Source: an uncultured Actinomycetes bacterium (GTDB lineage: Bacteria > Actinomycetota > Thermoleophilia > RBG-16-64-13). Taken from it: a stretch of 64,000 nt of DNA. The notes under the pieces were generated by a model that saw only the letters and a list, made by a program, of their open reading frames with translations, made no database searches and was not told where the DNA came from. Shown here one piece after another: positions 29,615 to 40,905 of the stretch. The stretch is from contig CAWJDT010000001.1 of the NCBI GenBank assembly GCA_963841735.1, positions 1,440,001 through 1,504,000 on the forward strand, written 5' to 3'. The position numbers were made by a program, and so were the translations under genes. How positions within the stretch are numbered: position 1 is the first letter of the stretch; the number at the start of each line of letters is the position of its first letter.

Positions 29615-31264
29615 CTAGGTTGCCGCGATGAGTCGGGACCGTAGGTTGTAGAGCATCTGGGCCACTTCGCCGCGGTTGGCGTAGCTCGAGGTGTTCCAGC
29701 TTGCCAGTGTGCCCGCTGGGCCGGTGATGCCGTCTAGCAACCCGTTGTACTCGGCGGTGCGGATGTTCTGCCCGTGGGTCGGATCGGTGTAGCTGAGCAC
29801 TCCCGTCCAGCCGATAGGCGGGGTCGCGAGCGCTTCTTCGCGGTCGCCCGCTCGGACGATCATGGTGATCAACTGCTTGCGAGTGATGTTGTTGAACGGT
29901 CTGAACGTGTGGTCCGTGTAGCCTATCGTGAGGCCCGTAAACGCGGCTTTAGCAACGTAGTGGTAGGCATACAGCTCTCCGTCTACGTGGGTGATGGTGG
30001 ATGCATCCACGAAGGTGCATATGTCACTTAGCGTGGCCGTGTAACCCGCCGGCCGGTAGCTCGCCATGGTGATTATGATCATCTTGGCGAATTGTTGCCG
30101 CAAAGCCAGGTTGAGGGGCCGGAAGTAGCCGTCTTCGTACCCTTCGATGATCCCTTGGGCGGCGATGTCGTTGATGGCTACGGAGTACTGGTTGCCGGTG
30201 GGTACGTCTGGGAAGAGCGGGGCCTCTGAGGTAGGCACTGCGAAATACAGCCCTGTGGTGCCGAACCAAGCCAGCCCGGAGGCGGAGAGTTCTGGGGATT
30301 GGGGAGTGTCGGACACCGTGGAGATCTTGGTTGTGTTGCTGGTAGTGGAGTTGTAGCACATGATGGCCGGCGCATTGGTGGTCTGCCAGGCCACGTAGTC
30401 GGCGTTCACCGAGGGGTTGATGTTGCCCTTGGCGTCGGCGGTGAGCGCGGTGGTGATTCCCGTCCCGATGTCGTAGAGCTGGGTCTGATAGGTGAGCGAG
30501 GTGTCGGGAGCCTCCGCTGTCCATACATCACCCGAGGCCCACACCACTCGGCCCGAGTCGATGCGCGGATGCTCGTTGGCCCTAGTGCCAGCACCGCTAG
30601 AGGCGATGGTCACCGCCGTGTTGGAGAGCAGGTTGTAGAGAACTATCTCCGTAGCGTTGCCGCCGGGGACGCTTTTGACGCAGACCATGTAGTCGCCCCA
30701 GATGTCCGGCTGGCGGTACTGATCGCCAGGCAAGAGCAGCTTGGTCACCTCGGAGTCCACGGTGTATAGGTAGATGCCCGGCGCGGCGCTCCCGCCCTGC
30801 ATGTCCTTCTCCCAAACGACTCGGCCGCCATCCATGCGCGGGCTCCAGTCATTCCAGTCTCCCTCGTCAATGTTGTGGGTGACCTGTGTGACCGCACCCG
30901 TGCCCGTGTTGTACAAGTAGATGTCGTCGTAGCCGCCGGCCCTGGCTGCCTGGTATGCCACCCAGGGATCGTCAGCGCAGGGATTGTAGTAGGGGCCGGT
31001 GATCCCCGTGGCCGGAATCAGCGTGTTGAGGCCGCTATTCAGGTTGAAGACGTATGTCTTGGCGTAGCTGCCCGCAGCGGTGCCTGTCCAGGGCACGAAA
31101 CTGCCGTCGGTGGACACGAACGTGGGAGTCGCATCCAGGACCGGCAAGGGGATAGCCCGCACCTGCCATGCGTCGTCGGCCGCGAAGGCGGTCCCTCCAA
31201 GGCCGAGCGTTAGCGTCGTCGCGCACACTGCGACGAGCAGTGGGATAAGCGTCTTCCTTCTCAC
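29615..31264 (-). CDS. Secreted beta-propeller-repeat protein with C-terminal SLH domains
   Basis: Signal peptide ending AFA; repeats DIYLYN..TG..QVT and P.I.G..VVW; SLH FPDVP...GIIEGYEDGYFRP. Confidence 0.85.
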   Translation of the reverse strand: MRRKTLIPLLVAVCATTLTLGLGGTAFAADDAWQVRAIPLPVLDATPTFVSTDGSFVPWTGTAAGSYAKTYVFNLNSGLNTLIPATGITGPYYNPCADDPWVAYQAARAGGYDDIYLYNTGTGAVTQVTHNIDEGDWNDWSPRMDGGRVVWEKDMQGGSAAPGIYLYTVDSEVTKLLLPGDQYRQPDIWGDYMVCVKSVPGGNATEIVLYNLLSNTAVTIASSGAGTRANEHPRIDSGRVVWASGDVWTAEAPDTSLTYQTQLYDIGTGITTALTADAKGNINPSVNADYVAWQTTNAPAIMCYNSTTSNTTKISTVSDTPQSPELSASGLAWFGTTGLYFAVPTSEAPLFPDVPTGNQYSVAINDIAAQGIIEGYEDGYFRPLNLALRQQFAKMIIITMASYRPAGYTATLSDICTFVDASTITHVDGELYAYHYVAKAAFTGLTIGYTDHTFRPFNNITRKQLITMIVRAGDREEALATPPIGWTGVLSYTDPTHGQNIRTAEYNGLLDGITGPAGTLASWNTSSYANRGEVAQMLYNLRSRLIAAT

Positions 31265-31439
31265 TGCACACCCCCGGGGCCGGAGAACGCCTGCGGTGGT
31301 CTAGCTACCGATCGCTCTCGTCTCATATTGGTCTCTGCTCTTATTGGTCCCTCTTCGCCATTATCCTGCTACGTGGCCTGCGAATCGGCCCCGTAATGGC
31401 GGGTTGGGTAGCTGTGGAGGGTGGTGCCGCGACAGCGGT

Positions 31440-33336
31440 CTAAAAGCGCATAGCTCTGACGTAATGCTCCTGAAAGGTTGGGTCGTTGGCCAACTCCACA
31501 TACTGCACCTTGTCTGCCACCCAGGCGGCCTCTCGGCGCTTGCTTCCTACTCAGCAGGGCAAAACGGGCGCCGTCGCCGGCGGCGTTGCCAACGGAGGTC
31601 ACTCGGTCGGGTGGGCAGTCGGGCAGCATTCCGATGGCCAGCGCATGATATTTGTCTATGTAGGTGCCGAATGCCCCGGCCAGGACGACGCGGTCGGGCT
31701 GGTCGATGCCATACCTTTGGAGCAGGATGTCGGCGCCGGCCCGGAGGGCGGCCTTGGCCAGTTGAAGAGCGCGGATGTCCTTTAGCGATACGGTGATAGC
31801 GCGGCCTATGGCCGTCTCCTCGGGCTTGGCGATCACGAATCTGCGAGGCCTGCCCTTTTCTAGGATGATGCGGTTGTTCACCAAGTCGGGAGCGAAGCCC
31901 CCATCGGGGAGGATGACTCCGGCTCTATACATCTCGGCCGCCGCCTCGATGATGCCCGAGCCGCATATGCCGAGAGCCGCGCCTTCGCCGGCCGCCTGCT
32001 CTGTCTGCCAGTCCTCGCGGCCGATGACCTTGAAGCGTACTTCGAGGGTGCCTGGGTCGATGCGGACCCGCTCGATGGCGCCGGGGGCGGCCCGCATGCC
32101 GAATTCTATATGCGACCCCTCCAGGGCCGGTCCGGTGGCGCAAGACGTGGAAAGCATCCGCCGCCGGTTACCCAGCACCAGTTCACCGTTGGTGCCGATA
32201 TCGATGATCAGGATGACCTCGTCATGCAGGTAGGGCTCTTCGGCGATCAGCACCCCCACGTTGTCGGCCCCCACAAATCCGGCTTCCACCGGCAGAACAT
32301 GCAGACGGCAGCCCGGGTGAAACGCAAGACCGACGGCGGAGGCCTGTATGTCGACCGGTCCGCGCACGGCGGGCACGAAGGGCGCGGCACCCAGGTAGCG
32401 GGCGTCGATACCGAGGAAGAGGTGGTGCATGGCGGTGTTGCCGACCATGACCACATCGAAGATGTCGCCCAGGGCGGCACCACAGCTCCGCACGGCCTGT
32501 TCCGCCAATCCGTTGACTTCGTCTGCCACCACGCGCTGCAATTCGGCAAGGCCGCTTTCGTTGTGGATAGTGTGATGCAACCGGGCGATCACGTCGTCTC
32601 CGAAAGCCACTTGGGGGTTCATGGACGATTCTGTGGCAAGCACCTCTCCGCTCTGCAAATCAGTCAGGTAGGCAGCTATCGTGGTCGTGCCGATGTCCAC
32701 AGCTAGTCCGAGGAGGCGGACGTCGGTGCCTGCAGCGCGCACGTCCACGACCACCCCCCCTGTCTCCCCGGGTTGCCACACCACGATGTCCAAGTCCCAT
32801 TTGGCTCCACGCGCGATGCCCGGCAGGGTCTTAAGGATCTCGTAGTCTAGGGTCACTCCGGCAAGGCCGTGCTCTCGCTCCAGTGCAGCCACGATGCGTT
32901 CGGTGTCGGCCAGAGGATCGTCCAGGGTGGGGGCGGTGAGCGTCACCCGGTAGCGCTTCACCGCGGGATCGACGGGTACGGTACGCGCTCCGGCCTCTTT
33001 GCGGACCACCGGCCGATTGCGGCGGCTCTCCTGGGGCACGAAGACCCGGACGTCGCTTCTCACCAGCGTCTGGCAGGCCAGCCGAGTGCCCGCGGCCAGG
33101 GCATCCCTATCCAAGGCCTGGCGTTCTATCTCCGTTGGAGGGGAAGTACCCTCGGCGGCCGACTCGATGAGCACCCGGCATTTCTTGCAGGTGCCCTTGC
33201 CACCGCAGGAACTCTCTATCTCCACCCCGAGGCTGCGGGCCGCGGACAGCAGATCTTGTCCGATCGCGGCCATGCCTCTTCTGCCCGAAGGCTGGAAGGT
33301 GAGCGTGGGATCTATCCCCTTGCCTGGCCCTGCCAC
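31440..33336 (-). CDS. ASKHA-type reductive activator of corrinoid proteins with N-terminal 2Fe-2S domain (RACo/AcsV-like; frameshift near the 3' end)
   Basis: CGGKGTCKKC..RLAC, VDIGTTT, GFVGAD, IDIGTNGE, GPALEG, GICGSG, LAGAFG, GNAA; GTG 33336 with GAGGAG SD. Confidence 0.88.
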
Positions 33337-33356
33337 AGGTTCTCCTCTCGCACGTG

Positions 33357-33950
33357 CTATTCGATGTCCAGTCGCGCTGCTTCTTCGGGCGCCTGCTGCT
33401 TGAGCAGCTCGAAATCGGCATACTGGGTGAGGATGTTGAAGCTTGCTAGGAGGTCGGCGAAATCCAGGTCGCCCCGGGAGTAATGGTCGTATAGGCTCAT
33501 GTAGTCTACGTACCAGGACTCTTCGGCAAGCTCCTCCATTCCAATGGACGTCAGGGAGCTCATCTCCTTCTGTTCGGCGGCGGTGAGCTCCGATCGCTGC
33601 CACCCGAACACCACTAGTCTCTGAATGTACTCTTCCTTGAGGTCTTCCACCTCGGTCCGGATCGCGTCCGGCTGCGGATTGTCTTCCAGCAGGCCGACGA
33701 GTCTCTGCATGAGTTCGGACCAAGTATCGATCGCCCCAGTGGCAACGGCGGCCGCGGTGACTCGGGGCTCGGCAGTAGTGGCGGCAGCCGCGGCAACGGG
33801 CGGCCGCATTGTCGAGGATCCGCCCGAGGGAATCGAGCCGCACCCGGTCACCAGCGGAACCATGGTGAGCAGCCCGCAGGCCAAGATAGCGCCGACTACC
33901 AGGGCGAGGCGCCGACGGTCAAGTGGCCGGGAGGGCTTGGATGTGATCAC
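33357..33950 (-). CDS. Hypothetical lipoprotein
   Basis: Hydrophobic leader with VTGC lipobox, acidic helical body, overlaps upstream stop. Confidence 0.65.
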   Translation of the reverse strand: MITSKPSRPLDRRRLALVVGAILACGLLTMVPLVTGCGSIPSGGSSTMRPPVAAAAATTAEPRVTAAAVATGAIDTWSELMQRLVGLLEDNPQPDAIRTEVEDLKEEYIQRLVVFGWQRSELTAAEQKEMSSLTSIGMEELAEESWYVDYMSLYDHYSRGDLDFADLLASFNILTQYADFELLKQQAPEEAARLDIE

Positions 33951-35251
33951 CGGGTGACTCCATGGTCGGAGGGGACGCTCGTTCGACGAGACTGGTCCAT
34001 GGTATCAACCGATGCAACGATCTCGTGGCGGAGCTTCAGTTTCAGGACACGCTCCACAGCGTCGTCCAGCCGGGCTTGATCCAGATCCCCGGACTGTACG
34101 GCCGCCGTTATGGCGTCGATCAGGGCCAGATTCTGCTCCAGCGTTCCCGTGGATATAAGTAGGTCGCAGCCTGCCTTGAGCGCGGCCACGGCGAGTCCGC
34201 CTAGGCCGGTGTTCCCTGTGGCGCTGGTGCCCTTCGCCGCAGCCATGCTCAGGTCATCGGTGATCACTATCCCCGTGAACCCCAAATCTTGGCGGAGCAG
34301 ACCATCGACTACCAGCGTCGACAACGAGGCCGGTATGTCCGGGTCGTACGCGCCGGCGATGATATGGGCCACCATGACTCCCTCGACGCCGGCAGCGATG
34401 GCGGCTTGGAACGGGGGGAGGTGGATGGTGTCGAAAGCGGTCTTGTCCGCGTCTGAGACGACGGTCTCCCCGTGGGTGTTGCCGGTGGCGCTCCCGTGTC
34501 CAGGGAAGTGTTTGATCACCGCAATCAGTCCTTGCGCCTCGAAGGCCTCGGTGACGCCCCGGACGTAGTTGGAGACAAGGGTGGGGTCACCCCCGAAGGT
34601 CCGGTCGTAGAGGAACGAGTTTCGGTCGGATACCACGTCGGCCACGGGGGCAAGGTTCATGTTCACGCCCAAGCTAAGAAGTCCAAGAGCCGTCTCGGTG
34701 GCCAGCCGCTCCGTCTCCGCCACGGTGGATTCTTCGCCCAGGGTGCGGGCGGAGGGGAGATCCGGCACGCCCTCGTGGATGCGTTGCACCGATCCACCTT
34801 CCTGGTCGACAGCGATCAGGAGACCCACCGGTAACCCACCGGTCGCCGCCGCCCCCTGGAGAGCCGCGGTCAGCGCGCGCAGCTGGTCGGTTCCGTCCAC
34901 GTTATAACCCAGAAGGAGGAGCCCGCCCGGGGGCCCAGCTTTCAGCAGAGCGGAGGTCGACTCGGTCAAGGCGGTGCCGGAGAAGCCAAGAAGGAGTACT
35001 TGGGCGGCCTTCTGGCGGAGGGTCATGCCGGCCAGAATCTCTTTAGTGGGAGAAAGCGTTGTGGTGGTGGGGGCGATGGTCGTGGGCGCAGAAGTCACGG
35101 CCGTGGTGGCGGGGGCTGCCGCCGGGCGGTCGGTAGACGAAGGAGAGCACCCGGGTCCCGACATGGTCAAGAACAGCACCACTAGCGAGGCCACAAGCGC
35201 GCCTCCTAAGAGGCGGGTCTTGGTTTGACGACGATCCACGCTCAAGAGCAT
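33947..35251 (-). CDS. Exported glycoside hydrolase family 3 (beta-N-acetylhexosaminidase, NagZ-like)
   Basis: AVDQEGG, NLAPVADV, RTFG, KHFPGHG, ITDDLSM; leader and Thr-rich linker. Confidence 0.9.
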   Translation of the reverse strand: MLLSVDRRQTKTRLLGGALVASLVVLFLTMSGPGCSPSSTDRPAAAPATTAVTSAPTTIAPTTTTLSPTKEILAGMTLRQKAAQVLLLGFSGTALTESTSALLKAGPPGGLLLLGYNVDGTDQLRALTAALQGAAATGGLPVGLLIAVDQEGGSVQRIHEGVPDLPSARTLGEESTVAETERLATETALGLLSLGVNMNLAPVADVVSDRNSFLYDRTFGGDPTLVSNYVRGVTEAFEAQGLIAVIKHFPGHGSATGNTHGETVVSDADKTAFDTIHLPPFQAAIAAGVEGVMVAHIIAGAYDPDIPASLSTLVVDGLLRQDLGFTGIVITDDLSMAAAKGTSATGNTGLGGLAVAALKAGCDLLISTGTLEQNLALIDAITAAVQSGDLDQARLDDAVERVLKLKLRHEIVASVDTMDQSRRTSVPSDHGVTR

Positions 35252-35269
35252 ACCGCGGAAGGGGGTTGC

Positions 35270-35761
35270 TCAGGGATCGAGAACCAGAGGGGTCAACCGG
35301 TCGCAGGTCCAGCCCACAAGCTCGGCGCAGTGGTCTCGCCGCTCTTCGCTATCGTGGAACAGCTTGCGCCCATTGGGAGTGCTGAGGTCGTGGCCGGTGA
35401 TGTCGCCGCAGCGGACGGCCTCAAACTGTTGGCCGAACCCGCGAATGAGCCCCTGCAGGCCTTCGGATAGGGGGGGCTTGTCCGGGTCCGGCGTGGGTTG
35501 GTTGGCGGCGGCGTGTCCCGTCCGCTCGTACTCGCACAGCCCGAGAGCCAGCGTCGCTCCCGTGAGTGCTCCGCAGGTCTCGCCCATAGTGACTAGGCCA
35601 CCTCCGAAGAACCGGCCCATTTTTGCCAACTCCGGATCGTATCCACGCACCAGCAGCGCATAGCGCGTGACTGCTTGGGCGCAGTTGATGTGGCCAGGGC
35701 CCTGGTCGGCGAAGCGGGCCAAGACGTCGGCCTTGGCTTCATCGGGTGGCATCTGGGTCAT
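35270..35761 (-). CDS. C_GCAxxG_C_C family putative redox protein
   Basis: NCAQA, FGGG, TCGALTG, later C..I and C motifs. Confidence 0.85.
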   Translation of the reverse strand: MTQMPPDEAKADVLARFADQGPGHINCAQAVTRYALLVRGYDPELAKMGRFFGGGLVTMGETCGALTGATLALGLCEYERTGHAAANQPTPDPDKPPLSEGLQGLIRGFGQQFEAVRCGDITGHDLSTPNGRKLFHDSEERRDHCAELVGWTCDRLTPLVLDP

Positions 35762-35763
35762 TA

Positions 35764-36969
35764 TCAGCAGCCCTCCTCCAGGTTGACCAGCAGGCGAAGC
35801 AGTAGGGCCGCGCTTGAGCCCACGGCGATTATGCAGCCGATGACGATGATACCCAGGCTAAAACTGGCTCGCTGACCCACGTAGCCGAGAACGGTCGGAA
35901 GAAGGCCCCCCCCGAACAGGAACGCCAACGGGGGACCCGTGGCGTTGGCCAAACTACGGTAGGTGGGTTGGACGATGCGCGACAGGGCCGCGAAAGCCGG
36001 CGGAAAGAAACAGACCGCCAGCCCGGCCATGAGGACCACGCTGACCTTCAGCCCAACTCCCGACAGGCTGCCCACGAGGATCATCGCCCCGCCGGTGAGA
36101 AACAAGAACAGTCCAATCGCCTTCTTCTCCCCGATGCGGGACGTGATCCACCCGGAGATGAACACGGTGACAAGCGGTGCGATGTTGGCCAGGCCTAGGA
36201 GGGTGTTGGCCCCATCGGGGGTCATGCCTCGCTCGTTGTGGAGGTACAGCGGCAACATTGTGTAGACGCCCACCTGCGCGCCCATGCCCAAGGCGAAGAG
36301 GAAGATCATCACGTAGAACGAGCGGGTGCGTATCACCGGCCCCAGGAATGCTCGGTTTGGCGGGTCACCCGGGAACGCTCCGACTCCACCGGTAAACAGC
36401 CAGAAGATCAGGCCTAGCAGGGCGCTCAGGCCCGCGATCCAGAGAAGAGCTGTGTTCCAGGCGAACCATTTGAGCAGGAGCACCGCGATGAGCGGTCCTG
36501 CCACCAGGCTCAGGGGCGGGCCCAATTGCTGGATGGAAAGGGCTTTGCCCCAGTCCTCCTTGCGGACCATGGCCGTGATGGTGGCTACCGATGATGGGAG
36601 GTGGAGCCCGGCGCTTATACCAAGGAAGACGAATACCACCAATAGCGCCCACAGTGAATTGGCGAAATATGCTCCCGCAAGAGAGGCGGCGGTTGCGAAT
36701 AGGGATATGACGATGGCCCCGCGATGCTTGACTCGGCTGGACACGAAGCCGGCGGCCAGTGAGCCGAACAGCGACCCGAAAGCGCCCGCCAGGAAGAGCG
36801 AGCCACCTTGGCTGGCGGTGAGAACGAAACGCGGGTCGGCCTCGATGGCGGGCATCAAGGGCGAGAAGATGAAGCGCGAGACAAAGGTCATCAGAAAGAG
36901 CACGGTCATAAACACGATGGTGCCTACTACCGTGCGAAGGGGTTGGGGAGTGGGACAGGCTTTGGCCAT
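35764..36969 (-). CDS. MFS transporter
   Basis: About twelve TM segments; motif-A-like GFVSSRVKHR and GWITSRIGEK. Confidence 0.9.
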   Translation of the reverse strand: MAKACPTPQPLRTVVGTIVFMTVLFLMTFVSRFIFSPLMPAIEADPRFVLTASQGGSLFLAGAFGSLFGSLAAGFVSSRVKHRGAIVISLFATAASLAGAYFANSLWALLVVFVFLGISAGLHLPSSVATITAMVRKEDWGKALSIQQLGPPLSLVAGPLIAVLLLKWFAWNTALLWIAGLSALLGLIFWLFTGGVGAFPGDPPNRAFLGPVIRTRSFYVMIFLFALGMGAQVGVYTMLPLYLHNERGMTPDGANTLLGLANIAPLVTVFISGWITSRIGEKKAIGLFLFLTGGAMILVGSLSGVGLKVSVVLMAGLAVCFFPPAFAALSRIVQPTYRSLANATGPPLAFLFGGGLLPTVLGYVGQRASFSLGIIVIGCIIAVGSSAALLLRLLVNLEEGC

Positions 36970-36991
36970 GAACTCTCTCCTTATCGGTGCG

Positions 36992-37792
36992 TCACGTGTA
37001 GATGTCCCTCCGCGCGAAGGCCGTCACCGCGCCTGCGGCCAGCACGCACGCGCCGGTGAGCATCAGCAGCACGGCTGTCCAGGGGAAGCCTCCCTCCAGG
37101 GGGCTGCCCAGGTGGTGGAACAGGGAGAACACTCCGGCGGGTTCCATGACCTTGGTCGCCTTGGCCAGGCTGTCGATCACGTACATGGCCACCAGTATGG
37201 CGGCAGGTACGACCGTGGCCAGCACCGCCCGTCGTGCGAGCGTTGAGATCAGCAGGCCGAGGGTGCCAAAGAGGAGACAGAATGGCCACAGCGCGGCCAG
37301 ACCGACGGCCAGATGGCCGGGGCTCAGGTCTACTCCCGCGATGGGTACGGCTATCAAGGTGATCACCCATGTGATGGCCAACACTCCGGCCAGCGAGATC
37401 GCCATGGTCACGGCCGCTCCTACTATCACTCGCCAGCGTGGCAGCGGGTTGCTGAGAAGGAGGTCAAAGGTCTTGCGCTCCTCACTCCCGGCGACCGCTC
37501 GCGTGCCTATGGCTATGGCCATAAAGGGGAGGGCCACGGGGACGATGGCGTTCATAAGCTCGAGGTCCAGCCACCGCTCGACGGTGATAGGACCCTGGAG
37601 ATCGCCCAGGAATCCCAGAAGGTAGTCGGGCGCGTTCTTCACATAGTCGTCAAGGAGGGCGCCCATGCTGGGGAAGAGGGCGACGTAGAGCGCTCCCAGA
37701 GCGCCCAGCGCACACCCCCATATGAGAAGCCCGCGCCAGCGGTTGCGCAGCTCGTGGGAGACGATGGTCCACGTCCCTTTCACGCCTGCCAT
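36992..37792 (-). CDS. ABC-2 exporter permease
   Basis: Starts MAGVKGTW at 37792; GSEERKTFDLLLSNPLPR; about six TM segments. Confidence 0.85.
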   Translation of the reverse strand: MAGVKGTWTIVSHELRNRWRGLLIWGCALGALGALYVALFPSMGALLDDYVKNAPDYLLGFLGDLQGPITVERWLDLELMNAIVPVALPFMAIAIGTRAVAGSEERKTFDLLLSNPLPRWRVIVGAAVTMAISLAGVLAITWVITLIAVPIAGVDLSPGHLAVGLAALWPFCLLFGTLGLLISTLARRAVLATVVPAAILVAMYVIDSLAKATKVMEPAGVFSLFHHLGSPLEGGFPWTAVLLMLTGACVLAAGAVTAFARRDIYT

Positions 37793-38683
37793 TGCTCCCT
37801 CTTGTCGTAGTAGCCGAGGAAGACCTCGTCCAGACTGGGATTCTCTACGCTCATGTCCACGAGGGTATGTTTTGCCGCCAGTTTGATGACCGCGTCCATG
37901 CCGTCCAAGAGCCGCAGGGATATCGTCGCCCCGCGCGCCTCGACGTCGCTCACGCCTGGTAGACCGGCGAACGGCGCCGCGTCCACAGGAGCGGCGAAGA
38001 TCATGGTGACCTGCTTGCGGCGTTTCTCCAGCAGTGAAGAGGTGGTTTCGACCGCCGCCAGTCGGCTCGCCCGCACGATACGCCACCCGGTCGCACACGC
38101 GCTCCACCTCCGACAGCACGTGGGACGACAGGAACACCGTGCGCCCTTCGTCTCTGGCCTCGCGCACGATTTGCAGGAAGTTGTCCTGCACCAGGGGGTC
38201 CAACCCGGTGGTCGGCTCATCCAGGATGAGCAGCGCGGGTCGATGGAAGAGGGCCTGTATGAGGCCGATCTTCTGCCGGTTGCCCCGGCTCAGGCGTCCC
38301 ATGGGCAGGTCTAGGTCGAGATCGAGTCGGGCCGCCAGTTGCGGTGCCACCCCCAGATCGTCCACGCCGCGCAGCCGGCCGAAGTAGGACAGCAGCTCCC
38401 GACCGGTCATGCGCGGTTCGAGTCCGAACTCCCCGGGCAGGTAGCCGACAGCACGGCGCACCGCGACGCTGTCGCGGTGCGCGTGCATCCCCAGTATGTG
38501 AGCGGATCCACTGCTGGGATGCAGAAGGTCGAGCAGAAGCCGGATGGTAGTGGTCTTGCCGGCTCCGTTGGGCCCGATGAAGCCAAATACCTCGCCCGGC
38601 CGTACTTCCAGGTCGAGGCTTTCGATGCCCGGTCGGCGGCCGTATCTCTTGGTGAGGCTCTCTGTCAGCACCGCCGGGGGCAT
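37780..38683 (-). CDS. ABC transporter ATP-binding protein (frameshift near 38085)
   Basis: GPNGAGKT, LSRGNRQK, ILDEP, SSH; C-terminus PSLDEVFL lies in ORF 37780..38220. Confidence 0.9.
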
Positions 38684-38698
38684 AGGCAGACCTTCGTC

Positions 38699-39570
38699 TC
38701 AGGTTGTTTCGTTGGGCAGCAGCGGCCGAAAGAATAGATTGTACTGGTGATCGCCGCTGGTCCACAAGGTGATCTGGGTGGCCTGCGCCAGGAGGGGCTG
38801 CAACTCGGTGAGATCGGCGCCGGAGACTACCACGGCTCTGTATCCCTCGGGCATGACCGGGGCGCCCAGAGTGCTCAGGTCGCCAAGCGGCCAGGTCAAC
38901 TCGTTCGGCTGGGACATCGCCGGGGTTCGAAGGGATGCTGGGGTCGACGGCGGCGCTGAAGACCTTCACCGCCGTGTAGGCGTACGGTTGCCACTTGATC
39001 TCGCCCGGTTCGTAGTCGGTGAGGACGCCCAACTTGCCCACCAGCTCGTTGATGGCGGCCCTGGCCTGTTGTTGTTCCATGGTGAGTCCGCCGGCGCCCA
39101 GCTCCGCGCCTAGGGCATAGATGCTGGTGCTAAAGGTCTGGCCATCGGCGCTGATCAGGACGGTGGTTGTGTTCATGTCGGTGATCCCGGGCTGGCCGTA
39201 GCCAACGCCATTTGCGAACAGACCGGCTTCTCTGGCTGCCGAGAGGATCTCCTGGATGGCGTCTTCAGAGATACGGGTGGTTTGCAGATTGGGCATGGCC
39301 GGCCCTGGATAGATCTCGATCATCGGTCCGGTGACGATGACCGTGCCATCGCCGTAGAGCGTGAACTGCGGCAAGGCAGTCAGATTGTATGAGATGGGGA
39401 CGAACCCACCTCCGGCCGAGACCTGGAGTACGATCTGGTCTTTGCCGGTGGGGTGCGGGGTCGAAGTCTCCCCCCGAACCGCCGCCACAGGCTCCGAGAG
39501 TGAGCAGGAGCGTTGTGAGCAGGACGGCCGTCGAAACGGCGCGGCCTGGTAAGGAAACTGAGCGGGACAT
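38699..39570 (-). CDS. Hypothetical lipoprotein (two frameshifts)
   Basis: Lipobox LGAC; continues LQVSAGGGFVP..PQFTLYGDG in a second frame; ends FRPLLPNETT in a third. Confidence 0.7.
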
Positions 39571-39731
39571 CGCAAAACCCCCTGTCATTGGTTACCGTCG
39601 TCGATGCGACGTTTGTCCCCCGGGACGGCGTTCCGCAACCGGCCCTGGAGCGCATCTGGCCAGCCGGACTTGAAGACCGGCGTTTCTGCCCTTAGCATAG
39701 GCAATTCACGCACCACAACACAGGGGGCATC

Positions 39732-40897
39732 ATGCTCTACAGGGCTTTCGGATCGACAGGAGCGCAGACCTCCATCCTCGGCTTTGGCTGCATGCGGCTG
39801 CCGCTGCTCGACGCACAGACCAACCACATCGATGTTCCGTTGGCCACGCAGATGCTCCGATACGCCATCGACCAGGGAGTCAACTACGTAGACACGGCCT
39901 ATCCCTATCACTCCGCTTCGTTTGATGGCTCTCCCGGCGCCAGCGAAGGCTTTCTGGGCGAGGCGCTTCAGGGTGGATATCGGGAGAAAGTGTTGGTGGC
40001 CACCAAGCTGCCGGGCTGGCATGTGAAGTCTCGAGCCGACATGGACAGGATCCTCGCCGGCCAGCTGGAGCGACTGCGTTCGCGACTGCATCGACTGCTA
40101 CTTGATGCACGGCCTGAACGGCTCTGAGTTCGAGCGGCTGGTGGGACTTGGCGCCCTCGAGTTCCTCGACGCCGCCAAGGCGGCGGGCACGATCCGTTTC
40201 GCCGGCTTCTCCTTCCACGACGAGGCTCCGGCCTTCGCTCCCATCGTCGATGCCTACGATTGGGACTTCTGCCAGATCCAGTACAACTTCATGGACATGG
40301 AGTATCAGGCAGGAGCCGCTGGGCTTGCCCACGCGGCGGCGAAAGGGCTGGCCGTGGTGGTGATGGAGCCGCTCAAAGGCGGTCGGCTGGCGGGGACGGT
40401 GCCGGCCCCCATCCAGGCTGTGTGGGACGAAGCGTGCCGTCACAAGGACTCCGGCAGAGTGGGCACTCCGTTTTGTGTGGGACGACCCCCGGGTGAGCCT
40501 GTTGCTCAGTGGCATGTCGACCATGGAGCAGGTAGTCGAGAACGTGGAGATCGCCTCTCGAGCGCGTCCGCAAAGTCTTAGTCCGGCAGATCTTGAGCTT
40601 ATCGAGCGAGTGCGGCAGGCATACAAGGAGCGCACCGTGGTGGACTGCACCGGTTGCCGCTACTGCATGCCTTGTCCGCAAGGCATAGACATTCCCATGG
40701 TGTTCTCCTGCCTGAACAACGCATCACTGTTCGATGCCCCTGGCGAGGAGTTGCGCAACTACAACATAGAGGTCAAGATCGGGCATACGGCTCCGGCTTC
40801 GGCGTGCGCGGAGTGCGGCCAGTGTGAAGAGGCCTGTCCCCAGCAGATAGGGGTGAGCCAGGAGATGAAGAAGGTCGTGGAGATCTTCGAGGCCTAG
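39732..40897 (+). CDS. Aldo/keto reductase with C-terminal 4Fe-4S domain (two frameshifts)
   Basis: LGFGCMRLP, YVDTAYPY, ATKLP, GFSFHD, MEPLKGG, CTGCRYCMPCP, CAECGQCEEACP. Confidence 0.9.
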
Positions 40898-40905
40898 GAG
40901 TCAGT

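Noticed and set aside
33337-33843. Long N-terminal extension of the ASKHA protein
   Set aside because: It is an alternative frame of the upstream lipoprotein gene; a good SD and GTG lie at 33336
36992-38683. 563-aa ATPase-permease fusion in the ORF track
   Set aside because: A frameshift near 38085 hides the real ATPase C-terminus (PSLDEVFL, stop 37780); the permease has its own start at 37792
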